From Octopus sinensis (lineage: Eukaryota), in the NCBI RefSeq assembly GCF_006345805.1, contig NW_021833914.1:1-64000 (forward strand): 64,000 bases of DNA. Reading direction: 5' to 3'. The translations under genes were made by a program, and so were the position numbers. The stretch's first letter is position 1, and each line of letters begins with the position of its first letter. Shown one piece after another: positions 28,223 through 42,372 of this stretch. Below the pieces are notes generated by a model. The model ran no database searches. It saw only the letters and a list, made by a program, of their open reading frames with translations, and was not told where the DNA came from.

Positions 28223-30600
28223 TCAAATAAAATTGAAGCATTTAAAATGATATTTGTGGAATGAAGAATACCGCCAATGTTTTTTGAAGTCTGTATTTTT
28301 CATTGATTTCCTCAAACTAATAGATTCAACTTTGGATATACTATCAATATAAAATACGTCATAAAAATACTTTTCATTTATAAAATGATTGATTTTAAAG
28401 CCATTTAAGTTGTTTTGAATATTTTTATCTCTCAAAAATAACTTCAGAATCTACTAAACTTTCAAAAAATGTTTACCTTTTCCACCTTCTTTGAATATTG
28501 TTTATATTTTGTTTTGAATTCAATCAAAACTTGTATTCCCCGAAACTTAATAAAAAATCTATAAATATTGAAACTTTAAAAACACAATTCAGGCTCATAA
28601 TTTTTCGACCGTTTCAGAATAAAGTAGAAAAGATTTAATGAAAGGTGAACAATTTTTTCATTTTTGCCAAACTTTTCAAATTTTGTTATTTTATCCATTA
28701 AACTTGTAACGTGCCTGAGTCCATGAAAACCTGCATATCGTTTTGAAATTAATGGTGACCAAGAATACTTCCGATAACTGGATCCTGAGACAAAATACTT
28801 AGGAGAGAGAGTATATCCAGCATCATTTCTGGAGAATCTAGACTCAATAAATTAAGAATAGCAAATAATCCATCATTTTCTTTCATCTTCTCTTTGAATT
28901 GAGAGGAAAACTAAGAAATGCTAATGAATGCTTACTTTTGGATCTCCCACAATGAGATTAGTAAATATTCCGATTATATATTCTACATATAGTGGCTCAG
29001 AGCTTTTAATAAGAACATAAATAAAGGTTTCTTGCACATTATTCAGCCAATACATTGCAAATCTGGTCACATTATTACTTTGCTACAACGAATTATCTGG
29101 GTAGTTTCTTCTTTTCTTCTTAGCCATTTGTTTAAAGACTATAATTATAAATTACTAAATTAAACAAAATAAGCCTTTCTGTTTGTCTGGAAGATATTTT
29201 ACTTTCATAAAAATAGACATAAGTCTCAAAATTTCATAAATAAGGATCACTGTGCTTTGATTAATGTTGCGAAATATAACTGCAAGTTTTATCACCTCCA
29301 ACATGTTTATTAAAATAGAAATTCTTTCAGATAGAGCGAATTGACACAATTCATCTTCCAACAATTTCTAGATAACGTTAGAGTCGGTTTAGATACAAAA
29401 GGCATTCCAGTAAGTAGTGAACTTGATTTAAAGGAGGTTTGTTAATAGTTAAACATAATTTTCTCTTTTTAGGGTCGGAGAAATTGTTAGCAAAATTTTG
29501 TACAACCTTTTCCAAGAGAGCGATTATAGCCTCGAATATTGATATGTGAGTCCACTATTTGTTAGATATGATCGATCTTGCCTGATGCTGAGATATGTTT
29601 TTTAAAATGATTGCGGCTTGTAACTCAATTTCAAAATTGTCATTTTCAGAGTAAATCAATTTGCTCAGAATAGTAATTGATTCCATTAAAATTTTCTAAT
29701 TCACTTACAAGTTTTTTTTACGCAGGTTTTTTCACCTTCTTCGTCTCTTCTGATAGTCATGTTATCTAGGATTTTAAGCAAGGGAGACAGGATGGCTATA
29801 TTTTCATGACGTAAAAGATGGCATAGTTTTTGAATCCCCCCAAACAATCTGAACAAACTTGAAAAAATAAATACCGTATTCTAGAAAAGAAACGTTGTTT
29901 TTGATTTGTAGAATTCAGAAGAAACTGCAAAGCACGGATCTTCGTCTCATCACAAGGGTTTGAAAGTGCGCCAACTGCATGACAGGTGTCAATAAAATCG
30001 TTTTTCTTTGACTTATTTCGAACTGGATTTATATTATTTGTTTTCTCTGATGTTGTATTTGGAATGTTGTTAATGAAATTATTTTGACTGTATTTTGTTT
30101 GAGTAGTTGAATTCGGATTGAAATATGTACTGACAAATGAATGTCGCTCCTTGTTACGATGATTGGTGTTATTAATGAAAATTGGAGGCTTTATACGTAT
30201 AAATTACTGAAAGGTGGAGAGGTTCGAACAAGAATTGAATCCTGCATAACTCCACTACTGAGTAATCACGATTTAAAGAATATAAACTGTGGAATCAATA
30301 AGATTTATTATGACAATGAAATTGTTAATCCCGAAAGCGTAGTAAAACAAATGGGATTCGAAATTTCTAAACAAATAATACGAGTGGTTGTTAAAATCAA
30401 TAATGATGAGTTTCTGTATCTTCACTCGTAATTGATGACTCATCGGATGACCTCATTTTGGTTTTTTCACCTCGGCTAGATTTGTAATTTCAAAACTTTT
30501 ATCAACATAATTAAAATTTTGCAACAATTTGTTTCCTCTCTTATCATTAGGACATATTTGCAATTTGAGTTAGAACAATCTTAAATTCAAAAAATTATTC
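28223..30600 (-). CDS. Armadillo/HEAT-repeat protein (ARMC2-like, tentative); multi-exon, ends approximate
   Basis: Spliced helical-repeat peptides include KILMESITILSKLI...LQAAIILKNIS, FIYVLIKSSEPLYVEYIIGIFTNLIV and SPEMMLDILSLLSILS, joined by 25-30 nt introns. Family assignment is by eye only. Confidence 0.55.
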
Positions 30601-30769
30601 TTTTATTTGTTTTTATAAAATTTTGAAGAGATGTGTTTTGTTTGGGTATCAATAATCATTTTCTTTCAATTTTCATTAAAACTTAAAGAAACGGTAAAAT
30701 AACATAAATCGGTAAAATAACATAAAATTTTAATTTGGCTATATTTATTTGTTTAAACACAAAGACCGC

Positions 30770-31992
30770 AATAGTAAAGTCAATCGTACGTATGATTCCA
30801 AAGCCTGGAAAAATAAAGGACCATGCAGAGAACTATAGGCCGATAAGCCTAATATGCTCCGTCTCTAAAATTATGGAACGGATTGTCTTCACAAGACTTT
30901 CGAACTTCGTAGAGGAATCAGGTGCACTTGCAGTAGAGCAGTGGGGATTCCGACGAAAAAGATCCTGTGGTGATTGTTTCGGAGAACTCGAGAAAGTCAT
31001 CTCGCTTAGTCTTGCTAATAATACAGCGACTATTGCTATCTGCCTCGATGTCTCAAAAGCTTTTGACAGCGTATGGCACCTGGGCCTCTTGGAAAGTGTC
31101 GCCAAGAGCAAACCCGGGTCTAAAACGGTCAATTGGCTGAAGAGCTATTTATCAATGAGAAGGTCATACATACGATGCGGAAACCGTTTGTCGGAATCTG
31201 TCGATCTCAAAAGAGGGGTACCTCAAGGCTCGGTCTTGAGCCCCCTGCTTTTTAATATTTACGTTGCTGATATTCCAAAACCGAAAGATCCTACCAGTCG
31301 TCTCATGATCTACGCGGATGACATATTAATAACGGATGCTTCGTGGAGAAAAGACATCTCGTGGAGGAAGTTAAAAGGATACGTGACAAGAGTGGAAGAA
31401 TGGTGCATATCAAAAGGACTGACGCTTGCAAAAGAAAAGTGCACCGCCACTTGGATTGCAAAACAGGGAGCAAAACGAAAACCGCCGAGAAACCTCTATG
31501 GGTTTACAGTAACGGAGAACCTGAAATACCTTGGGGTTGAAGTTGGATCCAAGGGTTCTTACTTCAGATACATCGACTCGAGGAGAAGGAAATGCGCTCA
31601 AATTCTCAGGAGCATAATTCACTTCCACCTTTCCCCGGAAACGTTTTTATATGTTTATAAAACGTGCGTCGAACCATTGCTTACCTACGGGTTCGAGGGA
31701 TGGTATCCTACTGCTGAAAGGATGGCATTATCGCTAAGCTCGAAAAGACGAGGCGATATGCCATCAAATTGGCAAATGGACTCCAGTTGGACCAACCCAT
31801 CCCTCAAGTGATGGAAGACGCGACGGAAACGGTTGGAAGTGTTCTTGAGAGAGCCTTTTCCTCTCGAATTAAATATTAAAAAAAAAAAAAAAAAAGAGGG
31901 AAACAACGAAGAAGAGGCATACGTTGTCTCATTAACTTTCTCCCTCTTTTTTCGGCTTTTCCGTTAATAAAAATTCATTCATTCATTCATTC
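30770..31992 (+). mobile_element. 5'-truncated LINE (L2/CR1-group like) with nearly intact RT domain and (ATTC)n tail
   Basis: ORF 30735-31811 contains NYRPISL, QWGFR, LDVSKAFDSVWH, GVPQGSVLSPLLFNIY, YADD and KYLGV. An A-run at about 31877-31895 is followed by AATAAA and (ATTC)4 at about 31975-31992. Confidence 0.88.
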
Positions 31993-32619
31993 AGTAACCG
32001 GACAAATAGTCATGCGATCCCGATAAACGCCACCAGGGAGCTCATCCCCGCTCGGTAAACTTTCCACGAGCCCACAACAGATCGTACTAGACGGCCGATC
32101 GATTTTGCCGCGACATTAGCCGCCAATATGGAGTTCTGCTTGATCAGATCCTCCAAAGGAACCGTTCCGGAGCGTTTGTTATCATAAATCGAACGTTCAG
32201 TTTATCTTTACGGCCTTAGTTGGGTATCCTCGATTCTCCTTCTGACGTCTCCATGATTCATGTTTTATAAAGAAAGTTATTTTTAAAAACACATCTAGGT
32301 TTTATACTTTTTTTACTGTTTTTATACTATTTGGAAGTTTCAAATAATAATTTTCTTAACATTCTTTCAAAAGCATTTTTTTAATTAATTATAAAAATAA
32401 CTCTTTATGCGAAAAAATCTTAACAAATTTCTCAATCTGTGATTTTTAATAACAAAAAATAGCATTTGATAAAATTTTAAGTGATTTTTGAATACTTGAA
32501 ATCAATATTATTGATATTATTATATAAAAATTTTCATAAGTAACGGATACGGATGAGTGTTTTCTATGAACATTATATAATAAAATACTATATAAGTAAC
32601 TTTTGCAGAAATAGAATAA

Positions 32620-33136
32620 ATGTGCGATTCAAGTTTATTGCCTGTTTTTAATCATAGACCAGTTTCTGTTTCTATCAGACACAAAACCTCGAAGACGCCC
32701 TCGTATTTCAGTAAAAGAATCTGAAAAAGATGAAGTTTATTACTTTAAAAGATTTAAAAATAATGAAGTATATATATTAATTGATTTTCCTTAGTCTGCT
32801 AAAAAATGTCGAGAAAATAAACGAAGACTTCAAAAAATCGTAGAAAATCGATTGAATATGCTAAATTTTAAAATATCGCTTTGTCGTGAATATTTTTTAT
32901 TTATTTATACTTCGGTAAAAAACAATTTAGACATTTTTGGTGAAAGCACACTTGCATTTTTTGACGAACCAGTTATGGCCAATTTGTTGTTCAACAAATC
33001 CAATGATTTAGATAATTTATATTCATCCCAAAAAAGTTTGATCCCAGATTACTCTTTGTGGCCAGAAAATAATTTCTACAGTTATCAAGATGATGTTGAT
33101 TTTTCAAATTGTGATTCAAAATTTTATGAAATTTGA
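32620..33136 (+). CDS. PAR/NFIL3-type bZIP transcription factor
   Basis: Removing 25-nt and 27-nt GT-AG introns gives MCDSNQFLFLSDTKPRRRPRISVKESEKDEVYYFKRFKNNESAKKCRENKRRLQKIVENRLNML, matching KD..Y..RR.KNNE.AKRSR of PAR/E4BP4 bZIPs. The ORF track misses it. Confidence 0.8.
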
Positions 33137-34249
33137 AGTTCAAGTCTATTTTTTGATTCAACAAACTATTGATTTAATAAATTTAATAAATCTTAAACAA
33201 AACTTTCTTTCAATCTGTTTTGAACTTATTTTATGTGTCGGGAACAAATTACGCAGAAAAGTTTCTAACAAAGTACAGAGAATTGAGGGTTGCTTCAATG
33301 ACCTGACTGAAAAAGACAAAGTTAAACTTTGCAAATTGTGTAGTCCTCACAGCGTTGAAAGTCTTCGCAATTTATAAACATTATTTTAATATCATCAAAA
33401 GCTTTATTATTGTAAGCTAATTCCATACTCTTAAAAACTACAAAACAAGCTAATAGGCCTTATTTCTCTGCGAAAACAAAAAATTTTATAGTTTATCCAC
33501 AATGGCTATCTTTGTCACCTTCGATTTCTTAATAATAACCCCTTGCTGTTTTTGTTAAAAATTGAATCGAGGCTCGAATATATAAATTAGGAAAGACTTT
33601 TTGACGAGTCATTTTTATCCTATCTGTCTCGGATGGCTTTTTTTCGGAATTTTCACTTTCTTTTTCTAAGTTAAAAAACAGAAATTTTTTTAAAAAGGTG
33701 TTTCTACAATGTGAAAACTAAATTGTTGTACTGCCGTGAAGAAAAAAGACTGAATAAGATTATGTCGCGAGCGCTACCTATGCTCGAATTTAACATTAAA
33801 AATTTTTTATAACAAATTAAACTTAAATTTTCTTAGTTATTAATCTTAAAATTATAGAATATTTAATTTCAATATTCTTAAAAGCCGCAGGATTTGATGA
33901 AACGAATTTAGTTATAAATTAGAGCAACATAAGTCAATAAAGTCAATTTCAATTCAGAGTTAGACTTTAGTCTAAAAATAGTTATTACTTAAATAAATAT
34001 CCAAAAAGAGTTTTTATAAAAAGTTTGTTAGGTCGATTAGGTCAATTTTTAAATACAAATTTAAATAATGTAATCATATCATAATTTTAAGAGTCAAAAT
34101 AAATTTAAAATAATCGGCGTGACATTTCTGAATTATTGTAATAATCTTTTACTAACTTATAGAGTACATATCTCTAAAAGGAGATTCTTTGCTTATTAAA
34201 TGAGCGACAGAATGTTTATTTAATGAACAATCGTGTCATAGCGTATAAT

Positions 34250-35170
34250 TTTCCGTTAGGAATCTTTTTTGGCCATTCTAGGCCCAGTAGATTGCGTAGT
34301 TATTTTCTGTGAAACGTGTCTATTTTATGTAACTCTGCCTCTATGACACCCGAGGTACCCGAGTTGTACATGAGAACTGGTTTTATATATGCTTTGTACA
34401 GCTTTAGCTTGATGTTTGTTTTTTGAAGTTTTCGATGATTCCATATCTTTTGCATTTTCTTGTACATTGCAGAGGCTAAAACTCTCATGTCTTCACTATC
34501 ACCAAGTAATGATCCCAATTTCTTTTTTTCCTCCAACTTTCATCAATATATTTCAATTCTCTTATGTGTTCAGTCTTTTCTTGATTAACCTGCGAACACC
34601 ATCTCTCAAATTCGTCCGGAATTTTCTCCAAAACAGATGCAAGTTCCTGATCATTTTTTGACGAAATGTATTCAGCAATAAACCCAGTTTTTTCTTTATT
34701 ATCCAATAAATTTCTTCTTAACTGTCGTGAATACAAATATTCTTAGGTTGCACTCCTCTCACAGCCCGAAACATTTCGTTCCGTATCCCGTCCTCTCATT
34801 TTCACTGTCACTTTCATGTATTTTTCTGACATAAATTTCCTTCTTCTTTTTTGATCTCCTGACAACACGACTCCTTTCTTTTTTTAGCACGTTATAATTA
34901 TCATGATCTGTCGTAGATTCCATATTAAGTCTTATTTTCTCTTCTGGTTATCACTGATAGCAGTTTTTACTTTATCTAAGATTTTCCCTTTTTTGTTAAT
35001 TCAGGACCAGAAACTATAGTGCGAACTGTATGCATGTTTTTCGAGTAGTAAAAGGCTGCACTAAGTTGGTTCCCCATCTTGTAATTATTACTTCAGGTGG
35101 TAATTCTATATTGTCAAAAAGATCTCTTCGAGATTTTTTTTGAGCAATGCAGTTTACATCGTGGCAATCA
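34250..35170 (-). mobile_element. Decayed RTE-like LINE
   Basis: LGSLLGDSED...KIWNHRKL...IKLKLYKAYIKPVLMYNSGT...IDTFHRK and VNQEKTE are present. Confidence 0.7.
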
Positions 35171-35940
35171 GATTATTAATATCCCCATAGTGTGTACTCA
35201 TTTTTAAGGCACAATTATGTAAAGATGAGCAAAACAAGTAATGTGTATACATTGTTATACATAATTGACAATGTTTCTGCAGCAGCTATCATGTATGATG
35301 CAGCGTCGATAACCAATAAAACAAAATTAAATCGTTTGACGTTAAAATCCTTTAAAGTTTCATCGATTATCTGGCAAATAACTGAGTATTACATATTTCA
35401 ACAGAAATGCAATTTAATAGATAAATTTTCGATGGATTACAAATAGTCCCCCCAAAAACATTCACAAATTTATTATTTGAAAATTGGGTTTCATCAACAA
35501 TCAAAATATTTTTCAAATTTAAAATAAGATTTTTTATTCGTTCAAAATTTAGAAGATAATTATCATATACCAATTTGCGACAATAGGTTTTCTGATGGAA
35601 CAGAAAATCCCAAATCGTCGAAAAACTTAGAAAAAGATTGTGACGAATCTTATAAAGAGGGATATTCACACCCGTCATCATCGAAACCAATTTTAACAAA
35701 AATCATTTGGAATTGCAATCAATTTCGATTGATGCAAGTCGTGTGTTTTACTTCTTTTTTATGCATTTCCGTCTGTCTGTGTTGTTCCACGTTAAAACTT
35801 TTTGACAAGTTTACCGAAACACAACAGAACTTGCAAGTAAGTCCCCCATTAGTACTTCTCGTAAATTCGTGCGGATATTTATTTAATATTTTAGAGAGTT
35901 TGAATTCATTAGATTTTTTTGATTTAGGCATCTATTAATA
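35170..35940 (-). mobile_element. hAT-like (CGGBP1-related) transposase remnant with N-terminal zinc finger
   Basis: It has CKFCCVSV...VEQHRQTEMH, NIPLYKI, LIVDET and VIDAASYM motifs in the expected order, frameshifted. Confidence 0.7.
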
Positions 35941-37149
35941 TACCTCTTTTATATAAAAACCTTTATCTCACTCAACAAAAAACCGATTATATCTCACGTT
36001 ATAAAAAATAATTCAAATATTATTATTCAATATTTTATTTAAAAATATTAATCTAATTCATTAAAATATACAAAAATTTGAATATGACTTATTTTTATAA
36101 TATAACTTTATTATTGAATATGACTTATATGACCTATTAATAAGTGTTTAAATAGTTAAAAAATATAATTAAAATTTAATTAATATAAACAAACACAAAA
36201 TGACCTTATTTTGTGATAAGCATTATATGACTTTTGGTTGCCCTAGTTATCAGATAAAAGTTCAATTTCGTTATCGAATACTCCTTTGAATCCGGACGGT
36301 TTTTTTCCCAAGCACATACATACTTCTTTATTTCTTCAGCCACTGAATCCCAAACCACTGCAGGGGATTTTTCATATTTACGTTCATATTTCTTTCTTAA
36401 TTGCCATACAATAATTTTCCGAGTCTTCTCACATAAAAATAATTGTCCCACCGTAAAACGGTTAGTACTGATTCACTTTATACTTTTTGAAAAACTTATT
36501 TAAAAACAGTTATGTTATAGAAAAAATTTTCATTAAAAATAAAAAAGTCTCCCAAGAATAATTTGACCCACTGAATGTGGAATAAAAATTATATAAACAC
36601 AAGTCTAATTCTAATGATATCACAAAATAATGAATTTCAATGATCATCGTATTTTACCTTCGAAGTATTTTCTTTCTTGGATGAATATTAGGCTACATCG
36701 TGCGCAGTGGATTCTAAACAAATCTTAACAAAGAATGGAATTTAAAATCGAATAAAGTAAAATATTACTTGATTGTTAGTAACTTGATAAAAGATGTATA
36801 AAATTACCTTAGATTTTCATAAGAGTAGTCTATATATAAAATCAAGTAATATATTTCTTAGGTTAATTTTTCAGTCAATTCTTAAAATTTTACGGTCAAT
36901 TAAATTGACTTTTTAATAATAATGGTTCTGTGAACGTGCTTTTAATAATAATTAAAAGCACAAAACATGGTTTTAGCGGCTTAAAAAATTCGAAAACTTT
37001 AGATATTATAGTTAAAAGAGTCATTATTAAATTATTTTAAAAATACTAATGGATCCTTTTTTCAAAAAAACAATACTAGTCACATCTTTATTCAACAGAT
37101 GCGCAAAAGAATAGGTAAGAATAAAAATACTCTTACTTCGTCTTTTTTT

Positions 37150-37340
37150 AATGGTTATTACTTTATTATTTTAGTAAATTGATTTTATTAAAACTGATAG
37201 TTTATCTAGCTGACATTTTTCATAAAGTGAATGAAGTAAATATTAGCTTGCAAAGAAACAAAATTAGTTTAATAAATGTACAAAGAATTATCATGCCTTT
37301 TATTGAAAAATTACATATCTATGAAACAACATTAAGAAAT
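37150..37340 (+). mobile_element. hAT (ZBED5/Buster-like) transposase fragment
   Basis: YLADIFHKVNEVNISLQ...FIEKLHIY is present. Confidence 0.65.
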
Positions 37341-37399
37341 GATGAGAAGGTGTGCAGTGGTCGGGAATTGCACGTTTTTAGTGGTGCATTATTATATCA

Positions 37400-37960
37400 T
37401 TGTTCTATCATTGTATTTCATTCTTTCATCCATTCATTTTTTCATTAAACTGTATTTAATTGTATCAATCTATTCTTTTTTCATTTGATTGTATTCCATT
37501 GTATCAATCTATTGTACCCTTTTCTCACTCCATGTCTCACTGTCTATCTTGTATTCATGTCAACGCCTGCATGAGACCGTCCCTTGCAAAAGTTGCCTCT
37601 TCTCCAACAAAAGGAAGAACGGTTTCAGATGCGCTATGCCATCAGTACTTCCATTTAAACTGCCTTAAAATCTCGAAAGAGGCCGCCATAAAGATTCCAA
37701 ACTTGCTGTATCCATCATCATGCCTCTCATGCTCAAGTCACTCTCTCAAGCCTTCAATGGGGTGCGAACGAACACCCTATGCGGCCAACGCTTCTCTGCC
37801 CAACCATTCCTCGCCAATCATTCCATCTGTTAAAGATTTCCTCTTTCCGGTTTCCCGGAACAAAAGAATTCGCAGAATTCCAGTCATTTCGCGCGCTGAT
37901 TCCTTATCAACTGCCAGGGACAAATTATATCCAACTGTCAGCAAATTTTTGTTATAGAAG
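37400..37960 (+). mobile_element. 5' fragment of a CRE-like retrotransposon with PHD-like finger
   Basis: CKSC...CAM(C)HQYFHLNC...SCLSC and IRRIPVISR parallel the element at 24700-25790. ATTGTATCAATCTATT is repeated upstream. Confidence 0.6.
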
Positions 37961-38119
37961 AATTTCTGATATTATTGGTGTTTAAAATGAGGCTAAACAG
38001 CGACATATTTCAGCAAGACGTGACTTTGTTATCGCGAAGATGAGGTCCCTGATCGAGTACATCGGGATCACGTGAGTTTTGTTTAATCTCTATCGTAATC
38101 TCGGCGGTTAAATAAAATA

Positions 38120-38350
38120 AGACAATTCCCCATGTCATACTTCAAATGCAATAATGGAATGTTCATCCGCAAATAAAACTAATTTATTCGATTGGCCGAC
38201 ACAATCTCCGGACATGAATCCAATTGAAACATTTGGGCTAAAATAAAATATGAATTATTGAAGGAAAAAATTGAAAATTGAGAACAAATAACGAAGAACA
38301 AAAGGATAAAATACTCAAAATTTAAAATCAAAATCCAATGGAGTACATTA
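38120..38350 (+). mobile_element. Tc1 transposase C-terminal remnant
   Basis: DWPTQSPDMNPIE is present. Confidence 0.65.
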
Positions 38351-38779
38351 AAATTGATAAATTCGATGAAAAATCGTAGTTTAGAGTTATTCAAACAAAA
38401 AAGGAAAACATATACCGTACTAATATGTTTTGACATTTTTTCGGAATTTTTTGTCATAAAAATTGTTTTTCTGCTTTATTCACAACATTTTGAAAAGTTA
38501 ATAATAAAAATAACGATTCATCAAGTGTCCGGAATTTTTCATCAAGAGGAAAATATTGGAAAACAAAATATTTCAAAAGTGGAGCAACTAACAACAATGT
38601 CTTCGTTTAATTATAAAGCTGATGACAAATCAGATATTTGACAATGAATGTTGTCCTAGCACAATACAAAACATTGCTAGAATAATAACTAAGCAATGGA
38701 TACTGTTACGAGAAAAACACCATTAATAACTGATAGTACCCCGAATCAATCAAATATAACATACAGTGAATATATGAAT

Positions 38780-39000
38780 ATATGTAAAGCACAAAACAAA
38801 CTGGAAATTGTACAGAACCAGTGCTTACGGATTTTACTGAAACGTGATAAAATGACGACTACTTCGGAACTGAGAAAGTGCTATACATTAAAAAATTAAT
38901 GGACCATCTTACAGAAAGACAGCACATCTTCTTAACAATGGCAAGATATACCGGAGGTCCCCTTGAAGAGGAGTATCTTGCTTATGAAAAGCGTGTTAAA
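38780..39000 (+). mobile_element. LINE ORF2 C-terminal remnant
   Basis: KLEIVQNQCLRILL...TTTSEL matches the LQ..QN..LR motif. Confidence 0.5.
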
Positions 39001-40519
39001 AATTTTTAAAAACCATCCCCCTTTTGGACGTTGATTAAGAATTCGAGACAAGGAAATGATAAAAGGAGACGCACTGACACCAAGATCACTTAATTAGACA
39101 ACTACTATTCCTCTTTCTGTGTTCCCGGGCAATAATATGCGAATCAATATTTAGTAAAATAATTCGACCATGGATGACCCACAGCATATATATTTAACAG
39201 CGTGCTTATAATGGTTCTTGTGGTGTCGAAAACTCTTAATATTGAAAATAATTTAACGGATTGGCCACATTACAACAATCCATAATTCCCTAATGGGACC
39301 CCATTTGAGCAATAGCATTCTTTAATTTTGAAACACATTCGATCGACGGCGATCATAAATATTACAAGGAAACGAATTAAAAATGGGCTTAAATTGTAGG
39401 AATAAAATTATCACACAGGAATCAAACGTATAAGTATACTGTTCAATAATTTAAAAATAATTAAAATAACTCGATAAAATACAATGGATTCAGGGTCAAG
39501 TAGAGATGCAAGCAATTGAAAATTTATCTTTAGGAGCATTAAAAGATGGATTATTTCCAATTGTGCACAAAATGAATCTTTTGAAAGATATAAAGATTTG
39601 TATCAAAAAATCGTTTATAATATGATAAAGAAAAACATGAAATCATTAAAAAAACACCCATTAAAATTTTCATTCAGATTAGGAAATTAAAATCGGGAAA
39701 TAGCACAAAAATGATGAAATTTCGATACTTATTCATTAAAAGATTAAATCACAAATATTCCTTCTGAATCCAATTTAATAAAAAATAAGCAGAACTAAAT
39801 AATAGTAACAGTACAACAAAGTAAATCAAAAGCATGTCATAATTTATTAGGTTTGCCATTAAAATTAAAATAATTTAACAATGAAAAATAGTTTTATAAA
39901 TATTATTAAAATGATGACAAGAGACAATCGTTATGTTCTGAAAAAGTAGGTCACTCGCGTATGATGAAATTTTTTTGTATAAAACATTATTTTGTCAGCC
40001 AATCATTAAATTATTTGTCAGTTCCATAAATATTAGTTATTTGTTCAAATTTCAGATTTGGCGCTTTTTGATGAACAGATAAATCGAAAAGATCTGGAGA
40101 GATTCCACTGACATTTAAATTGTGTTTTAATAAAATAAAGTTTATTTTTTATTAATATTTGTTTAATTATCTTTATTTTTAATGAAAACCGAATACATTA
40201 CGACACATGTGATCACGTGTATGTTTTTACTTTGTTGTATTCTTTTTATTATTTTTCTTTACTTTATTTTTAATGTAATTGGATTCAGAAGGAATATTTG
40301 TTGATGCAGTCTCTTTTAATTATTAGATTATCTGAAATTTCATCATTTTGTGATATTTTTTCATTTTATTCCATTAATCTGTCGCTTCTACATATTTTGA
40401 ACTTTCTAAACACAATTATCTTTATTCATTCAATTCTCTTTTTTTGTTTGTTTCATATTTTCCGATATATATGTTCATTATCTTTATTTTACTAATAGTA
40501 CCCGTAGTTTTCAAATTTT

Positions 40520-41700
40520 TCTGAAACTGCTTACTTATTTATATTCAGTTCGTCATATAATGGGTATCTACGGTTAACAGGTTATCATCCCTATCGTGTT
40601 TCAGCAGCACTGTATCTCCTATTATATTTCCACTTACGACGTTTTTCATTTTCTTACCAGCTTTAACAAGGTTTTCATGCACTTTTTTCTCAGTATTTTT
40701 ATTGTCATTCTTAAAATAATTTGAATTTGACTCATCACTTAGTTCTGCATTTGTTCCGTCGAACATATACAAACGGGATGGACTTTTCCAGCTCCCTTTC
40801 GAAACTGGAAAAGTCTTCAGACTTCTCCACTCGAGCAGGAATTGGGTGGGCTCCCTCTTCAGGACTCGATACCGCCTAGACGGCTGTATCGAGTCCAAAA
40901 TCCCTAAGATTTTAACGACTGATGCCTTTCCACAGGTGGGAAAGACCTCTAGTCGTGCTACCACGCCGAAGGTAATTCTACCACCGGCGCGGGCGGTCTT
41001 CCTCTGGTGTGCATTCACCTCTGGAGACGAGTTAGCAGTACCTAAACTGTTAGAGACCGGACGGCAAGCGACACGTTTAGGTTTCCCCACGGTACGCAAG
41101 CCGTCCTCACGGGCTACCTGTGTAAGTTGCACATCAGATCCTGTTCGCGATCGTTTTTCATCACTTTTTTCTCCTTTAATATTCGGATTTCTGTGCACCA
41201 CAGGAAACACAACCATTCTCGCACGCTACAATCGATTGGTCGTGGACACAATGACGAGCTTGTGTACCCCGTTTACATCCTTCAGATACAATTTCCCCTC
41301 AATTATTGTGAAATTCTCTGCCTTTTTTTGTGTCGATACTTCTTATGCTTGTTAAGATCGACATTCTCATTTTCAAGTATGGATCTGTCTTTCAATAGAT
41401 AGGTTCTTGAATAAATCTTTTTTTAACTTTCTTGTTATTTCTTCAGCTGATTTGGTTTTTGCAAATTTTACCACTGCAAATTGTCCATTTTCCTGTTTCA
41501 TTTGTTACGGTCTTTATAAGGGCGTTTACTTCGTGGCTTTAACTTTGGGAGAAATTTGGTATAATTCCTTGTGGAATGAATTTTTTGGAGGTCAAGATGA
41601 TAAGTGCATTGAGATAATTGACTGCTGCGTCAGTCGAACGAAAGTTGATAATGTCGAAATCATTCAATGATTTTTCTAGAGCGAGACTGTAGTCGTCCCA
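40520..41700 (-). mobile_element. Decayed integrase (Ginger-like) remnant with an unrelated GC-richer insert at about 40780-41270
   Basis: The tail VHENLVKAGKKMK...GDTVLLKHD..D....RRYPLYD is homologous to the C-terminus of ORF 46021-46719. A DKGREF-like motif lies near 41300. Confidence 0.5.
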
Positions 41701-42010
41701 GAAAGCTCTTTTGTAATTCGTATAACAACGCCGTTGAATGTCGATGTTGGGCTTTAGGACATTCTCAATAATAATCGGGTTGTGATCAAATTAGGTCTTA
41801 AATGACCTTCCAAGAAGTAACAGGGGCCAGAATTGGAGTACACAGCGAGATGTCAGGAGAAGAAATTGCGTAGCCTTTTCTTGACGGTGTTCTGGTGTGT
41901 GATGAGGGATTGTTGAGGATAACTAAATCATCAAATTGGTCTAATAGTAGAGATCCTCTTGAATTGAGAGATTGATTTTTTACCATATCGGGATCTTTGC
42001 GCTCATATCA
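41690..42010 (-). mobile_element. LINE apurinic endonuclease fragment
   Basis: NSRGSLL...LVILNN...TR...SSPDISL...WKV..DLGSDHNPI is present. Confidence 0.75.
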
Positions 42011-42372
42011 CCACAAATAATGCACCAACAATCAGTCCAAATTTGGAAAAGGAGTCGATTATAAAAACCAACTATGACTTATTCAAAAAAAAGACCCATC
42101 CACAATTGCCGTCAAGATTTGAATATCTCCTTAGATCCACTAAATCTGCAATATACCGATCTCTAGGTCTTCTTGCAATTTTGGGGTGATAGTTGGTTTT
42201 GTTGCCATGAAATCTTTCGACTAACACTGATTAAGAACATTACTTGGAATAGACACATTTTGCTATCACACTACAATTTCTTCTCTTGAATATATTTGGT
42301 CTCTTAGTACGAGAGCATTCTGTCTCTACCAAATCAAAAACAACGTTCCAGATTTCTTTGTTCTACTTTTCG

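Noticed and set aside
38040-38085. Hairpin GTCCCTGATCGAGTACATCGGGATC as an ncRNA
   Set aside because: It is a short isolated stem between TE fragments with no family motifs.
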